Shown here: positions 9,247-18,912 of the stretch, piece after piece
How positions within the stretch are numbered: position 1 is the stretch's first letter
How the letters are laid out: each line of letters begins with the position of its first letter
Source: Phycisphaerales bacterium
GTDB taxonomy: Bacteria > Planctomycetota > Phycisphaerae > WQYP01
Assembly: GCA_027451365.1 (NCBI GenBank)
Contig: DAIDJN010000025.1
Coordinates: forward strand, 1-45,097
Length of the DNA stretch: 45,097 bases
Reading direction: 5' to 3'
The notes under the pieces: generated by a model
Told to the model about the DNA's origin: nothing
Seen by the model: the letters and a program-made list of their open reading frames with translations, nothing else
Databases searched by the model: none
Program-made: the position numbers and the translations under genes

Positions 9247-9337
9247 GGGCGATCTCCCCAAAGGGATAAAAGTGTCACCAGCGAACGCGTCCGCACCGAG
9301 CTTGGATTTTGACCATTAGGCAGCAAACTCACTGATT

Positions 9338-9366
9338 AAAATACCCGCCGAGCGTGCCAGATGCAA
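9338..9366 (-). promoter_or_regulatory. Putative sigma70 promoter for the paralog pair
   Basis: Minus strand TTGCAT (9366-9361), 17 nt, TATTTT (9343-9338). Confidence 0.3.
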
Positions 9367-9632
9367 CTTGAATTATGACATTGCAACGCATGGGAGGTAT
9401 GCCCGCTATTGTAAAGAGATGGCCACCCGCTCGCCGAAATGCGGTGTGTACCACCGGTCATCAGCGTTCCGTTATTTCAACGGCAAGTCGTGGCAAGAAT
9501 TATTGACATAATCGGTCTGTCAGGGTGCCGGCCCAGCATGACAACCGTCATTCCGCCCCCAGCACTTGTGCCAAGTTTCCCGCCACTTCGCATCCGTGAA
9601 ATTCAGCAACAATCCGGTACCTGCCGTCCGGA

Positions 9633-10979
9633 TCAATCGCGGGCAGACAGCCCGTTCACCGCAGCCAGAATATCGCTGGCGTAACGGTGGGTGGATCCGC
9701 GCATCCGCAGCAGGCAGGTGCGACCGCGAAGTCCCATTTCCCGTGCCCCTGCGGCATCCTGAAGCCATTGGCGGACCGCGCTTGCAAGTGATGCGGCGTC
9801 ATGCACCCGCACAGCCGCCTGGGCCGCGAGCAACGCCTCAACCGCTTCTGCGAAATTAAATGTGTGGGGCCCGAAACAGACCGGTCTGGCCAGCGCGGCG
9901 GCCTCAATCATATCGCTGCCGCCAAGCCTCACCAGCGACCGTCCGGAAAAAATTCCGAACGCCAGACCATACAGTTTTTTCAGTTCGCCCATCGTATCAA
10001 GCAGAACAATATCGGTTGCGGCCAAGGCCGGGCCGACGGTGCCATCCGGCCGCTCTGAACGACGGATTACCTTGAAACCGCGGGCCTCTATAGCCGCATG
10101 AACCGCGGCCACAACTTCGGGCTTGCGCGGCGCAATGGCCAATCGCAAATCCGGATAATCTTTGGACATCGCCTGATACATATCCAGCAGAGGATATTCC
10201 TCGCCCGGACCGGTGGAACCGCAGGCCAACACCTGATGGTGGTCTTGAACGCCTATTGCAATAGCCATTTCCCGCGATCCGGGAATCTGATCTGAAAAGT
10301 CTGCGGCATCATATTTCACGGTCGGAATGATTTCCACGCGATCGGCAGGGGCACCGAGGGCGGTAAACCGCTCGGCGATGGCCTGAGTCTGCACGCCAAA
10401 CTTCGCCACCCGCGCAAACATCGCCGCCACCAGCGGTCGCACCAACCGGTAGCGACGAAACGATTTTTCTGTCAGTCGCCCGTTAATTATCCGCACTGAA
10501 ATACCGCGGCGATGCGCGGCAAATATAAAATTCGGCCAGGTTTCCAATTCGACAAGCACAATGAACTGCGGCTGGACCGTCTCCAAAAACCGATTTACCG
10601 CACAGCTTATATCCAATGGAAAGCGCACCGGAACCACGCGAGCATCGGGCGATTGGCCGTAGATGGCCAGCGCGCGGGCCATGCCGGTATCCGTTGTGGT
10701 GGAAACAACAATCTGCAATCCCACATCCGCCGCCAGTAATTCCTCTATCAGCCGCCCCATCGAAAGCAATTCACCCACAGAAACACAATGCAGGAGAATT
10801 CGCCTGGGTGCGGCCTGACCCGCGGGAACTCTGAGCTTTTCGATGGCGATCGAATCAAGACAGCCAAGCCGACCGGCCCAACCATGGCGGTATTTGCCTG
10901 TGCGGCAGCTTTTATACAGCAGAAACGGAGAGCCTAGAATCAGGCCGAGCAGATAAATGATGTTGAGCATCCAAGACAT
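9633..10979 (-). CDS. waaA: 3-deoxy-D-manno-octulosonic acid (Kdo) transferase
   Basis: N-terminal TM, LHCVSVGE, STTTDTG, FPLD, VELETWPN, INGRLTEKSF, KYD, GSTGPGEE, IAPRKPE, LDTMGEL, GPHTFNF. Start reassigned to MSWMLNIIY. Confidence 0.93.
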   Translation of the reverse strand: MSWMLNIIYLLGLILGSPFLLYKSCRTGKYRHGWAGRLGCLDSIAIEKLRVPAGQAAPRRILLHCVSVGELLSMGRLIEELLAADVGLQIVVSTTTDTGMARALAIYGQSPDARVVPVRFPLDISCAVNRFLETVQPQFIVLVELETWPNFIFAAHRRGISVRIINGRLTEKSFRRYRLVRPLVAAMFARVAKFGVQTQAIAERFTALGAPADRVEIIPTVKYDAADFSDQIPGSREMAIAIGVQDHHQVLACGSTGPGEEYPLLDMYQAMSKDYPDLRLAIAPRKPEVVAAVHAAIEARGFKVIRRSERPDGTVGPALAATDIVLLDTMGELKKLYGLAFGIFSGRSLVRLGGSDMIEAAALARPVCFGPHTFNFAEAVEALLAAQAAVRVHDAASLASAVRQWLQDAAGAREMGLRGRTCLLRMRGSTHRYASDILAAVNGLSARD

Positions 10980-11162
10980 AAGGCTGGCATCATAAGACCA
11001 GCCCGCGGAAGTTGCATCTGCCCGAAAAGTGAAAATCCGCTGAACGCCGTTGTGCCAATACAACCGGCCGCGGTTTTGCAGGATTATGCGCGAAGATCGA
11101 ATGAAAATAATCAGACACCGCCGGCAGCACCGGGTGCGGATGAAAATAGTATGGCTGAATAT

Positions 11163-11191
11163 TTGACAAAACAATCAAAATTGCGCATACT
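11163..11191 (+). promoter_or_regulatory. sigma70 promoter for the acyl-ACP desaturase
   Basis: Perfect TTGACA (11163-11168), 17 nt, CATACT (11186-11191). Confidence 0.6.
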
Positions 11192-11266
11192 AAACAATTG
11201 CTGGGACACAATTTACATCCCTTACGCCGATTGCGCTTTATAAAGACTGGACTTATTGGTGCTTAC

Positions 11267-12265
11267 ATGATTTCATTGGATCGCACCTGCATGGAACACC
11301 TCGAGATTCTGGAGAATCTTGAACCCTGGGTTAACGAAAACCTGAGCCTTCTTCTGCCGATTCAAGACGCTTGGCAACCCGACGATTACCTGCCTGATTT
11401 AACCAAAGAAAACTGGATCAAAGAACTTGCTGACTTCCGCGCCATGGCCATTGAAATATCCGACGAAGCTCTGGTGGTACTGGTTGGCGATATGGTTACT
11501 GAAGAGGCTCTTCCCAGCTATTCCGTATCACTGAATTTAATCGCCCGCGATTACGAAGGAAACAATCCCAAAGCCTGGGCCAAATGGCTGCGAGGATGGA
11601 CCGCGGAAGAAAATCGCCATGGAGATCTGCTTAACGCCTATCTGCGCCTGACCGGCCGCGTGAATATGCGGAGCATTGAAATTACGATCCAGAATCTTAT
11701 TGCCAGCGGTTTTAACCCCAAGGCCTACCCCGACCCATATAACGGACTCGTCTATACCGCGTTCCAGGAACGCGCAACAAAGGTATCGCATTTTAACGTG
11801 GCCAAAATCGCCGGGACGCAGGGCGATGCGAATCTTTCCAATATCTGCCGGCGTATTGCGGGTGACGAAGCCCGTCATGAAAATTTTTACACCCGCGCCT
11901 TCGGTGAAGCCATGAAAGTGGACCCCTCTGGCTGTATTCTGGCCTTCCGCGAAATGATGCGAGGCTTGATCGCCATGCCCGGCCGACTGATGTACGACGG
12001 CAAAGACCCCTCTCTTTTTGATCACTTTGCCATTGTGGCCCAACGCATGGGCGTTTACACGGTGCACGATTACGCGGCCATTATCGACCACCTGGTCAAA
12101 ACCTGGGATATTGCCGCACAAAGCGTCACAGGCAATGCCGCCCGCGCCCAGGAATATCTTTGTCGGCTGTGTAAACGGTATCTGTCACATGCTGATGAAA
12201 TTGCGGCGTTCCAGTTGCGCCAGCCAGCGGTGGAATTCAGTTGGATTTACGACCGCAAGGTTTGA
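11267..12265 (+). CDS. Acyl-ACP desaturase (soluble diiron, plant/DesA1-type)
   Basis: WQPDDYLP, GDMVTEEALPSY, WTAEENRHGDLL, YTAFQERAT, DEARHE (two ExxH diiron motifs), C-terminal FSWIYDR. Start is 11267 or 11291. Confidence 0.95.
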   Translation: MISLDRTCMEHLEILENLEPWVNENLSLLLPIQDAWQPDDYLPDLTKENWIKELADFRAMAIEISDEALVVLVGDMVTEEALPSYSVSLNLIARDYEGNNPKAWAKWLRGWTAEENRHGDLLNAYLRLTGRVNMRSIEITIQNLIASGFNPKAYPDPYNGLVYTAFQERATKVSHFNVAKIAGTQGDANLSNICRRIAGDEARHENFYTRAFGEAMKVDPSGCILAFREMMRGLIAMPGRLMYDGKDPSLFDHFAIVAQRMGVYTVHDYAAIIDHLVKTWDIAAQSVTGNAARAQEYLCRLCKRYLSHADEIAAFQLRQPAVEFSWIYDRKV

Positions 12266-12628
12266 TTGTCTCCTTAGGGCGGACAGATGAAACCAGCAAC
12301 CAGGAATTCTGTCGGTGGTGGTTCGCCCGCCATTTCGGAGCGGGCCTGTTTCGGAACTGGGTTTATATTCTTACAAGCCATGACACACGTCCAGACGTAA
12401 CGAAGCGAATCAGCCCGCATTCACGCACCAGACCCAACCAACCCCGCGTTATGACGAAATGGCGTTAAGTCGCGTTGGCCCATCGCGGCTTGAGCGACAC
12501 TCCTTTGGCTGCCCGTTTACACCTGCACAGCGGGTTTTGGGTCTTGGCCACGAAAATTGGCCGCATCAATAGTTACGGCTTATTGTCAGCAACAGCCAAA
12601 TAGGGTAAATTGCAGGTGGTGGAACGAA

Positions 12629-13456
12629 ATGAAAATCTTGGAAAGGCGGCATATTTTGCTGATCCGCATTGGTTACGACATTTCGTTTGAGCTTACGGGC
12701 TTCACACCCATGCTGCTTCTGCTTCATGTGCGGCCCTGTCAGTATCATTTTATTCAAAACGAACAGGTGCAAGCACATCCGGCCGCCTCGGCCCAGATTT
12801 TTCTGGATCAATTCGGCAATCAGGCCATGCGATTTCTTGCCGCACCGGGCCTTCTTCGATTAAGCAATGATGCCGTGGTTGAAGTGGATGGTCGCGTGGA
12901 TCTTGTGGACCATTCAGCCACGCAGCATCCGATACATGAATTGCCGGTGGATAAACTTCCATTTCTGCTGGCATCCCGCTATTGCGAGGTGGACAAACTC
13001 ATGAATTTCGCCTGGCAGACTTTCGGATCCCTCCCACCCGGCTATCCGCGCGTGCAGGCGGTCTGCAATTTTGTGCACCAACACATTCAATTCGGATATC
13101 AATTCGCCCGCAATACCATGTCGGCGTATGATGTATTTGTCGAACGCAAAGGTGTCTGCCGGGACTTCACCCATCTGGCCATAACTCTGTGTAAATGCCT
13201 GGGAATTCCGACTCGTTATGCCACCGGTTACCTGGGAGATATTGGCGTACCGGCCGACCCGGCACCCATGGACTTTTCCGCCTGGTTTGAAGTTTATCTT
13301 TCCAACAGATGGTATACATTCGATGCCCGGCACAACACCCCGCGCATCGGAAGAATCGCCATGGCCTACGGGCACGATGCCAGTGATGCGGCCCTGACAA
13401 CCTCGTTTGGGTTGACCACCCTTAAAAGCTTTAAGGTGTGGACGCATCAGGTTTAG
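12629..13456 (+). CDS. Transglutaminase-like family protein
   Basis: IRIGYDI, DQFGN, FLLASRYCE, GVCRDFTH (catalytic Cys), RYATGYL, PMDFSAWFEVYL, WYTFDARHN. Start may be TTG 12656. Confidence 0.9.
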   Translation: MKILERRHILLIRIGYDISFELTGFTPMLLLLHVRPCQYHFIQNEQVQAHPAASAQIFLDQFGNQAMRFLAAPGLLRLSNDAVVEVDGRVDLVDHSATQHPIHELPVDKLPFLLASRYCEVDKLMNFAWQTFGSLPPGYPRVQAVCNFVHQHIQFGYQFARNTMSAYDVFVERKGVCRDFTHLAITLCKCLGIPTRYATGYLGDIGVPADPAPMDFSAWFEVYLSNRWYTFDARHNTPRIGRIAMAYGHDASDAALTTSFGLTTLKSFKVWTHQV

Positions 13457-13556
13457 CTGAAAATCACATTGCCTCCCAAGCCAAGGATTGTTGAAAACAG
13501 CAGCTGATGATTTGGACCAGAACTGATCCCGCGAACCGTTGGCGCGGCGAAGCGGA

Positions 13557-14891
13557 TTATTGCCCCAGGGCCTCGGCATGGCGCCGTCGCCAGGAATTCA
13601 TGGTCGGCGAGTCCTCCGCGACCACCCCGTTCGGCGTCACCAGGATCAATTGTTCGCATAATGGATCGCTGGTTTCAGCGTACCAGGCCGAAACCTGACG
13701 GCGAAACTTTTCCACCTGATCGGCACTTTCAATTTTAAACGCCAGCAAGGTATCCCGGTCCGGCATGGCGACCAGAAAATTATCCCCCAGCCGGCTGTGC
13801 AGCTTGGCATGCACGCTGGGCAGAAGAATGCGCGATGAATTCAGGTCATCTTTCCCCGAAAAACTGACCACGCGGCAGTCATCGCAGGACCCGCTGACAA
13901 GCTCCACACTGCGCGTGCGCCGATGCAGATTCAGCATCGCCTGTTTGCGAAGCGTACTGGGCGCAACGCCCCATCGGCGACGGTCCGCATGTGTCACCAG
14001 ATTATCGATCTGATCAAGTCGATAGCATACCAGCAGACCGTTGGTCCATTCCTCGGTGAAAGTGTCCGGTGTGACCGATGTAATCTGATCTTCCGACATA
14101 AGCACCGGCACAATTTTTTCACGCAATGTCTGCCATTCCTCGGATGGAGTCCGCTCATCCGTTCGTTTAAGAAGCAGATCATCCAGAAAACTTTTCGTGG
14201 CCGCGTCCAGCGACTGCGGATGTCCAAGAAAATCCTGCAGCAACGGTGTCACATTGATACGAATACCATCCAGCGAAAGAGTCTGGTCATCCACGACATC
14301 GACCACTTTGGCCGGAAAAAGCCCGCGAGCCTGCAGGGCTACGGCCTTAATAAAACTGCCCTGAATCTGGGCGGTGGCGGGCAGCAGCCGAACACTGGAA
14401 ATAATGCGGTCCTGTGTATTGCGAAGGTCCACCATACTTTCGGACGGCCCGTGGCAGATCGCCAGAAGCCAGCTTTCGCCACAGCCCACCGCCCAGAATC
14501 GCCAGTGCATAAGGGGTTTGTGCCCAAGCATATTGTGCAGCCATGTGGGGGCAAGGCCCGCGGGTTCAATCGCCACACAGCAGACCGTGGGATGATGCGT
14601 GCCGGCAATTTCACGGCAATCGCCTACGGGCCTAACCCCACGGTTGCGACGAATGTTCCGCATCAGCGCCAGTTTAAGATCCTGTATTGCCTGTTTGCGA
14701 TCGATGGTGTTACCCGCCTGGCTTTCCGCGCTTGCGCCACCCGCATATTCCGGAAAAAGCTGAAGTTCCATGGCATGCTGAAACGCATTATCACTTAATC
14801 GCATCTGCCGGTCGTTCAGCAACTCACCGGAAAATTCGGGGGGGACGCGGAGCGCAAATCCGGTTGAAATTACATATCTCCATTCTGTCAT
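13557..14891 (-). CDS. DUF1444 (YtpQ-like) domain protein with N-terminal extension
   Basis: 444-aa ORF. C-terminal IVPVL...GLLVCY...WGV...LRKQAMLNL...DDLNSSRILLP...LVAMPDRDTL matches the DUF1444-type pattern. Confidence 0.65.
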   Translation of the reverse strand: MTEWRYVISTGFALRVPPEFSGELLNDRQMRLSDNAFQHAMELQLFPEYAGGASAESQAGNTIDRKQAIQDLKLALMRNIRRNRGVRPVGDCREIAGTHHPTVCCVAIEPAGLAPTWLHNMLGHKPLMHWRFWAVGCGESWLLAICHGPSESMVDLRNTQDRIISSVRLLPATAQIQGSFIKAVALQARGLFPAKVVDVVDDQTLSLDGIRINVTPLLQDFLGHPQSLDAATKSFLDDLLLKRTDERTPSEEWQTLREKIVPVLMSEDQITSVTPDTFTEEWTNGLLVCYRLDQIDNLVTHADRRRWGVAPSTLRKQAMLNLHRRTRSVELVSGSCDDCRVVSFSGKDDLNSSRILLPSVHAKLHSRLGDNFLVAMPDRDTLLAFKIESADQVEKFRRQVSAWYAETSDPLCEQLILVTPNGVVAEDSPTMNSWRRRHAEALGQ

Positions 14892-15333
14892 ATATTCACA
14901 CTGTCAATCCGATCATTCCCGCCCGGCGGAACATCCGCCGCGCGTCGGGTTCCGGCTGCGAATCATCCGCCCGCTGGCGGGCGGAATGCCCGGACAAGGG
15001 TCCCAAAAAGCCGTTCAGGGATCACCGGTAATAAACCCCTGGCGGGCCGGCATTTGCCGCCGAACCGACACAATATCGGAAAGGCAGAAAGCACCAGTTC
15101 ATGTATCGTCCCGCCTGGGACTGGTTCAATAACAAATTGAAGGGTTATGGGTATAGGGTAGATCGGGGAAGCTGTGACTCGCAAGAAACCAATGATTTTA
15201 TCGGAACAATGTGAAAAGACAGCCCCGGCGATGTATATTCCGGCTATCGCGCCTCAATGGATACCCACGAATGGGGATGCGCACCACCGGGATATCGTCA
15301 ATGGTCAGCCTATTGGATCGGAATGCAAGGTCC

Positions 15334-16347
15334 TTAAACCTGGCGCGCAGTCACAAACCGGGCCATCTGAATAAGGGTCAGGCGGGCGGCTGAATCCGCC
15401 AGAATATCCAGACAATCAATCGCCTCATCCACCAGATTCTGCGCCTTCTGCCGGGCATAGGCCATGCTGACACTGGGAATCAGAAGCTGGCGCACACGTT
15501 CCACACGGTCATGCTCATTGGACTCCAGCAGCCCAATCAGCAGTTCCCGGTGCGATGGAGCGGCATGGGCCAGGAAATGAATCATCGGAAGGGTGAGTTT
15601 TCCTTTTTCAATATCCGTTCCCAGCGACTTTCCCACGGTGGATTGAGTACCCACAATATCAAGTACGTCATCGACAATTTGAAATGCCAGGCCAATCAGC
15701 CGTCCATAGCGGGCCAGCGCCTCCACCGCCGGACCATCCCCTTCTTCCGCAGTTGCGGACTCACGGGCACCAAGTCTACAGGAGGTTTCTATAAGGCTGG
15801 CCGTCTTGCGGTAAATAATGTCGAAATAGGTGGCTTCATCGAGCGCCCAATTGCCCCGATTGAAATTCTGCGTCAGTTCACCCTCGCACACAATATTGGT
15901 CGTCTGTCCGATTAATCGCGACGCGGCCTGGCTTTCAAGACTGCTGCACAGGTGAAAGGCATGGCTGATCAGCAAATCGCCCAGCAGAACCGCGGCCTCG
16001 TTGCCATGCAGATAATTGATCGTCGCCCCGCGCCGGCGCACTTCGGCATTATCCAGAATGTCATCATGAACCAGCGTCGATACGTGCACCATTTCCACCA
16101 CTGCCGCCAGCGTAATGTGCGCGTGGCCGATTCTGCCTGAACCGGCATTGCACGCTTGCACCGCCTGCCCGGACAGCAGAACCAGCACCGGACGAAGCAT
16201 TTTCCCGCGAAACCGGCCCACATGCGTCAGCAACTGTTGAACATGTGGAAGGGCACTGCTTAATTCTGTACAAAACAGATCATTGACGGCGGCAAGATGC
16301 GGATCAAGATTTGCAGCCAAAATAGCTTCATCGGCAAGCGTGGGCAT
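15334..16347 (-). CDS. ispB: Polyprenyl diphosphate synthase (IspB/HepT type)
   Basis: GKMLRP, EMVHVSTLVHDDILD...RRRG, AVLLGD, RKTASL, AFQIVDDVLD, GKSLGTDIEKGKLTLP. Start set at MPTLADE. Confidence 0.9.
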   Translation of the reverse strand: MPTLADEAILAANLDPHLAAVNDLFCTELSSALPHVQQLLTHVGRFRGKMLRPVLVLLSGQAVQACNAGSGRIGHAHITLAAVVEMVHVSTLVHDDILDNAEVRRRGATINYLHGNEAAVLLGDLLISHAFHLCSSLESQAASRLIGQTTNIVCEGELTQNFNRGNWALDEATYFDIIYRKTASLIETSCRLGARESATAEEGDGPAVEALARYGRLIGLAFQIVDDVLDIVGTQSTVGKSLGTDIEKGKLTLPMIHFLAHAAPSHRELLIGLLESNEHDRVERVRQLLIPSVSMAYARQKAQNLVDEAIDCLDILADSAARLTLIQMARFVTARQV

Positions 16348-16673
16348 AGCAGGTTTCCGCAGTCGCAAAACAGACCGGAGGAATTTTCTGCCCTCGCTTC
16401 CGTGCGATGGCTCCAACCGGAAATTCAAATCCTACTGAAAGTATAGAAACCTGCGATACCTTTGTCCAATCATATTTATTTCCCCAACTTTGCAGCCGGA
16501 AGAATAACGGCCAACCTCCCGTCCCGCAACCGGTCTGAAAATTCCACGCCACAACATCAATCCGTGGCAAAAACTTTCGCTTGCACTACCATGACGTTCA
16601 TTCCTCGTACGCCACTCGGTCACACGCGGACGTACGGTCGGCAGATTTTGTGGATTTCGCTCGGAGACACCTT

Positions 16674-17624
16674 ATGCGATATCGTAGCCCGATTGCAGTC
16701 GTGTTAATGGTGATGGCTCTCGTCACCCTGTCGGTAGCCCGGGCAGGATGGCCCGCGGCAAACCGGGCGCCCTCGAACAAAGTCATTCCGGTCTGGCCAA
16801 ATCTGAAAGTACCACAGAACCAGCGGGCCAGAAATCTGCACCGCTGGCCGACACTTACCGAGTATCTTCTGCCGACGGGCAAAGCCAATGGTACGGCCGT
16901 GGTCATTTGCCCTGGCGGCGGTTACGTCTATGAAGCCGTGCGGCATGAAGGCTACGCCATTGCCCAATGGCTTAATACGCTGGGAATTCAGGCCTTTGTC
17001 CTGAATTACCGGCTGCCACAAGGCGGCCTTCCCCCCGGCGGCGTGCCATGGCCGCTACAAGATGTGCGCCAGGCCGTGCGAATTGTCCGTGCCAATGCCC
17101 GGCGATGGCACATTAATCCGAACCGTGTTGGCGTGGCGGGCTTTTCAGCGGGCGGCCATCTGGCAGCCATGGCTGGCACGCTTTTTCTACCCGGCAATCC
17201 CAATGCGGTTCATGCGCTCGACCGTTTCAGCACGCGACCGGATTTTCTGATTCTGGGCTATCCGGTCATTTCCATGATTCCCGGCATCACGCACCCCGGT
17301 TCACACGACGCTTTGCTGGGCCAGCATGCACCGCTGGCACTGGATCGCTACTTTTCCGCAGATTTAATGGTAACCAGCCTCACCCCGCCAAGCTTCATTT
17401 GCCTGGCGCGGAACGATACAGTGGTGCCACTGGCCAACAGCATTCGCTTTTACCGGGCACTTAAACGCAACCACATTCCCGCGGTTCTGCGAATTTACAA
17501 TAAAGGTGAACATGGTTTCGGACTCGGACTGACCGGTACGGATTCCACCCGTTGGCCAGCATCGTGCGCTCGCTGGCTTATGAAAATCGGCATGATCAAA
17601 CATCCGGCTGCGGCAACGAAATAA
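16674..17624 (+). CDS. Secreted alpha/beta hydrolase (carbohydrate esterase/BD-FAE-like)
   Basis: GGAG SD, signal peptide (ARA), ICPGGGY oxyanion loop, GFSAGG nucleophile, NDTVVP Asp, GEHGFG His. Confidence 0.9.
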   Translation: MRYRSPIAVVLMVMALVTLSVARAGWPAANRAPSNKVIPVWPNLKVPQNQRARNLHRWPTLTEYLLPTGKANGTAVVICPGGGYVYEAVRHEGYAIAQWLNTLGIQAFVLNYRLPQGGLPPGGVPWPLQDVRQAVRIVRANARRWHINPNRVGVAGFSAGGHLAAMAGTLFLPGNPNAVHALDRFSTRPDFLILGYPVISMIPGITHPGSHDALLGQHAPLALDRYFSADLMVTSLTPPSFICLARNDTVVPLANSIRFYRALKRNHIPAVLRIYNKGEHGFGLGLTGTDSTRWPASCARWLMKIGMIKHPAAATK

Positions 17625-17636
17625 ACCGAGAACACC

Positions 17637-18716
17637 ATGATTCTGGCTGGAATTGATGAAGCTGGCTATGGCCCGCTGCTTGGACCGCTGGTGGTCTGTG
17701 CCAGCGCGTTCGCCGTTCCCGGCGATATGCAGGATCAGATACAACACGGCGACTTTACGGTGGCTGAAACTTTGTGGCCGTTGCTGAAACGTGCGGTGGC
17801 CCGTAAGGGACCGCTGCGTGATGGCCGCCTTGTTGTAGCAGACAGCAAACTGGTCCACGCAATGACGGGTGGCATCGGCCTGCTGGAACGAACCGTTCTG
17901 GCCATGATTCTTCAGCCTGCCGCGGCCAGAACCGTGGAAGAAATGCCTTTCACTACCGCGCAATTGCTTACCTCATTGGGCGTTCCGCTTCCAAATGGCG
18001 TGCCGCCACTTGCTTCGCCGGCCCGGCCGGAAGGACCAGTCGTCCGCGACTTTCAATTTTTTCCGCCGCAGCCGTGGTATGGCCATGCTGCAGCGGGCGC
18101 CCCAGCCACAGTGCCCGCCTTTACCTCCCGGGCGGGTCTGGGCATTGGAGCATCCATGTTGGCTGGCGCGCTGGCGGCGGCGGACATTTCTCTGGCGGCA
18201 CTCTGGGCAATTGTCGTTGATGAAGATTTATTTAACCGACGGGTGGCCGCAACCGGGAACAAAGCCACTACGCTAGCCTCGGTGACTTTTACACATATCG
18301 CCCTGCTTGCAGACAGATTTGCCGGCCGCGGCCTGCTGCTGGTGGTAGATAAACAGGGTGGCCGCACACATTATGTACACGACCTTTTGCAAACTTTTCC
18401 CGACTGGGCACTCAAGATACTTAAAGAAACGCCCGAAGAAAGCAGTTATTTTCTGCATCATGGACAGCGGCAAATGCTGCTGAGCTTTCGTGAAAAATCA
18501 GAGTTGACTTCTTTTGCAACCGCGCTGGCCAGTATGACCGCCAAATATCTGCGCGAACTGCTGATGGCCCACTTTAACGCATGGTTCTGTGCGCGAATTC
18601 CCGGTCTTAAACCAACGGCGGGTTATTATCAGGATGGAAAACGCTGGCTTGAAGATGTCGCGCCGCATTTGGCGGCATTGAATATAAGCCACGACCAGTT
18701 AGTTCGGATAAAATAG
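17637..18716 (+). CDS. rnhB: Ribonuclease HII-like protein (long form)
   Basis: AGIDEAGYGPLLGPLVV, ADSK, VVDKQGG, ALASMTAKYLRE, TAGYY. Large Pro/Ala-rich insertion. Confidence 0.75.
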   Translation: MILAGIDEAGYGPLLGPLVVCASAFAVPGDMQDQIQHGDFTVAETLWPLLKRAVARKGPLRDGRLVVADSKLVHAMTGGIGLLERTVLAMILQPAAARTVEEMPFTTAQLLTSLGVPLPNGVPPLASPARPEGPVVRDFQFFPPQPWYGHAAAGAPATVPAFTSRAGLGIGASMLAGALAAADISLAALWAIVVDEDLFNRRVAATGNKATTLASVTFTHIALLADRFAGRGLLLVVDKQGGRTHYVHDLLQTFPDWALKILKETPEESSYFLHHGQRQMLLSFREKSELTSFATALASMTAKYLRELLMAHFNAWFCARIPGLKPTAGYYQDGKRWLEDVAPHLAALNISHDQLVRIK

Positions 18717-18912
18717 TTTGCCCGCCACTGGCAATTGGGGTCGTGATTGATCGCCAATTGTCCTCAAAGCGGAAATTGTAACGCCTGCTTCGGCAATCAC
18801 CTGAAGCCGCGCCCGGCGGCCCGGAGCCAGGTGCAAAGCCACAGGGTTTATCGCCAGCGGCATTTGCTTTATGCTTAAGCTGGCCTGAATGCATAATTAA
18901 GGAATCAGCCGC

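Noticed and set aside
12325..12351. Hairpin GCCCGC/GCGGGC after the desaturase as a terminator
   Set aside because: Only a 6-bp stem with a weak U-tract.
18790..18890. c-di-GMP-I riboswitch-like words (GGCAA...GGTGCAAAGCCACAGGG) upstream of holA
   Set aside because: No GNRA tetraloop in P2 and no 3' UGCC to close P1, and holA is not a typical target. An Rfam scan would settle it.
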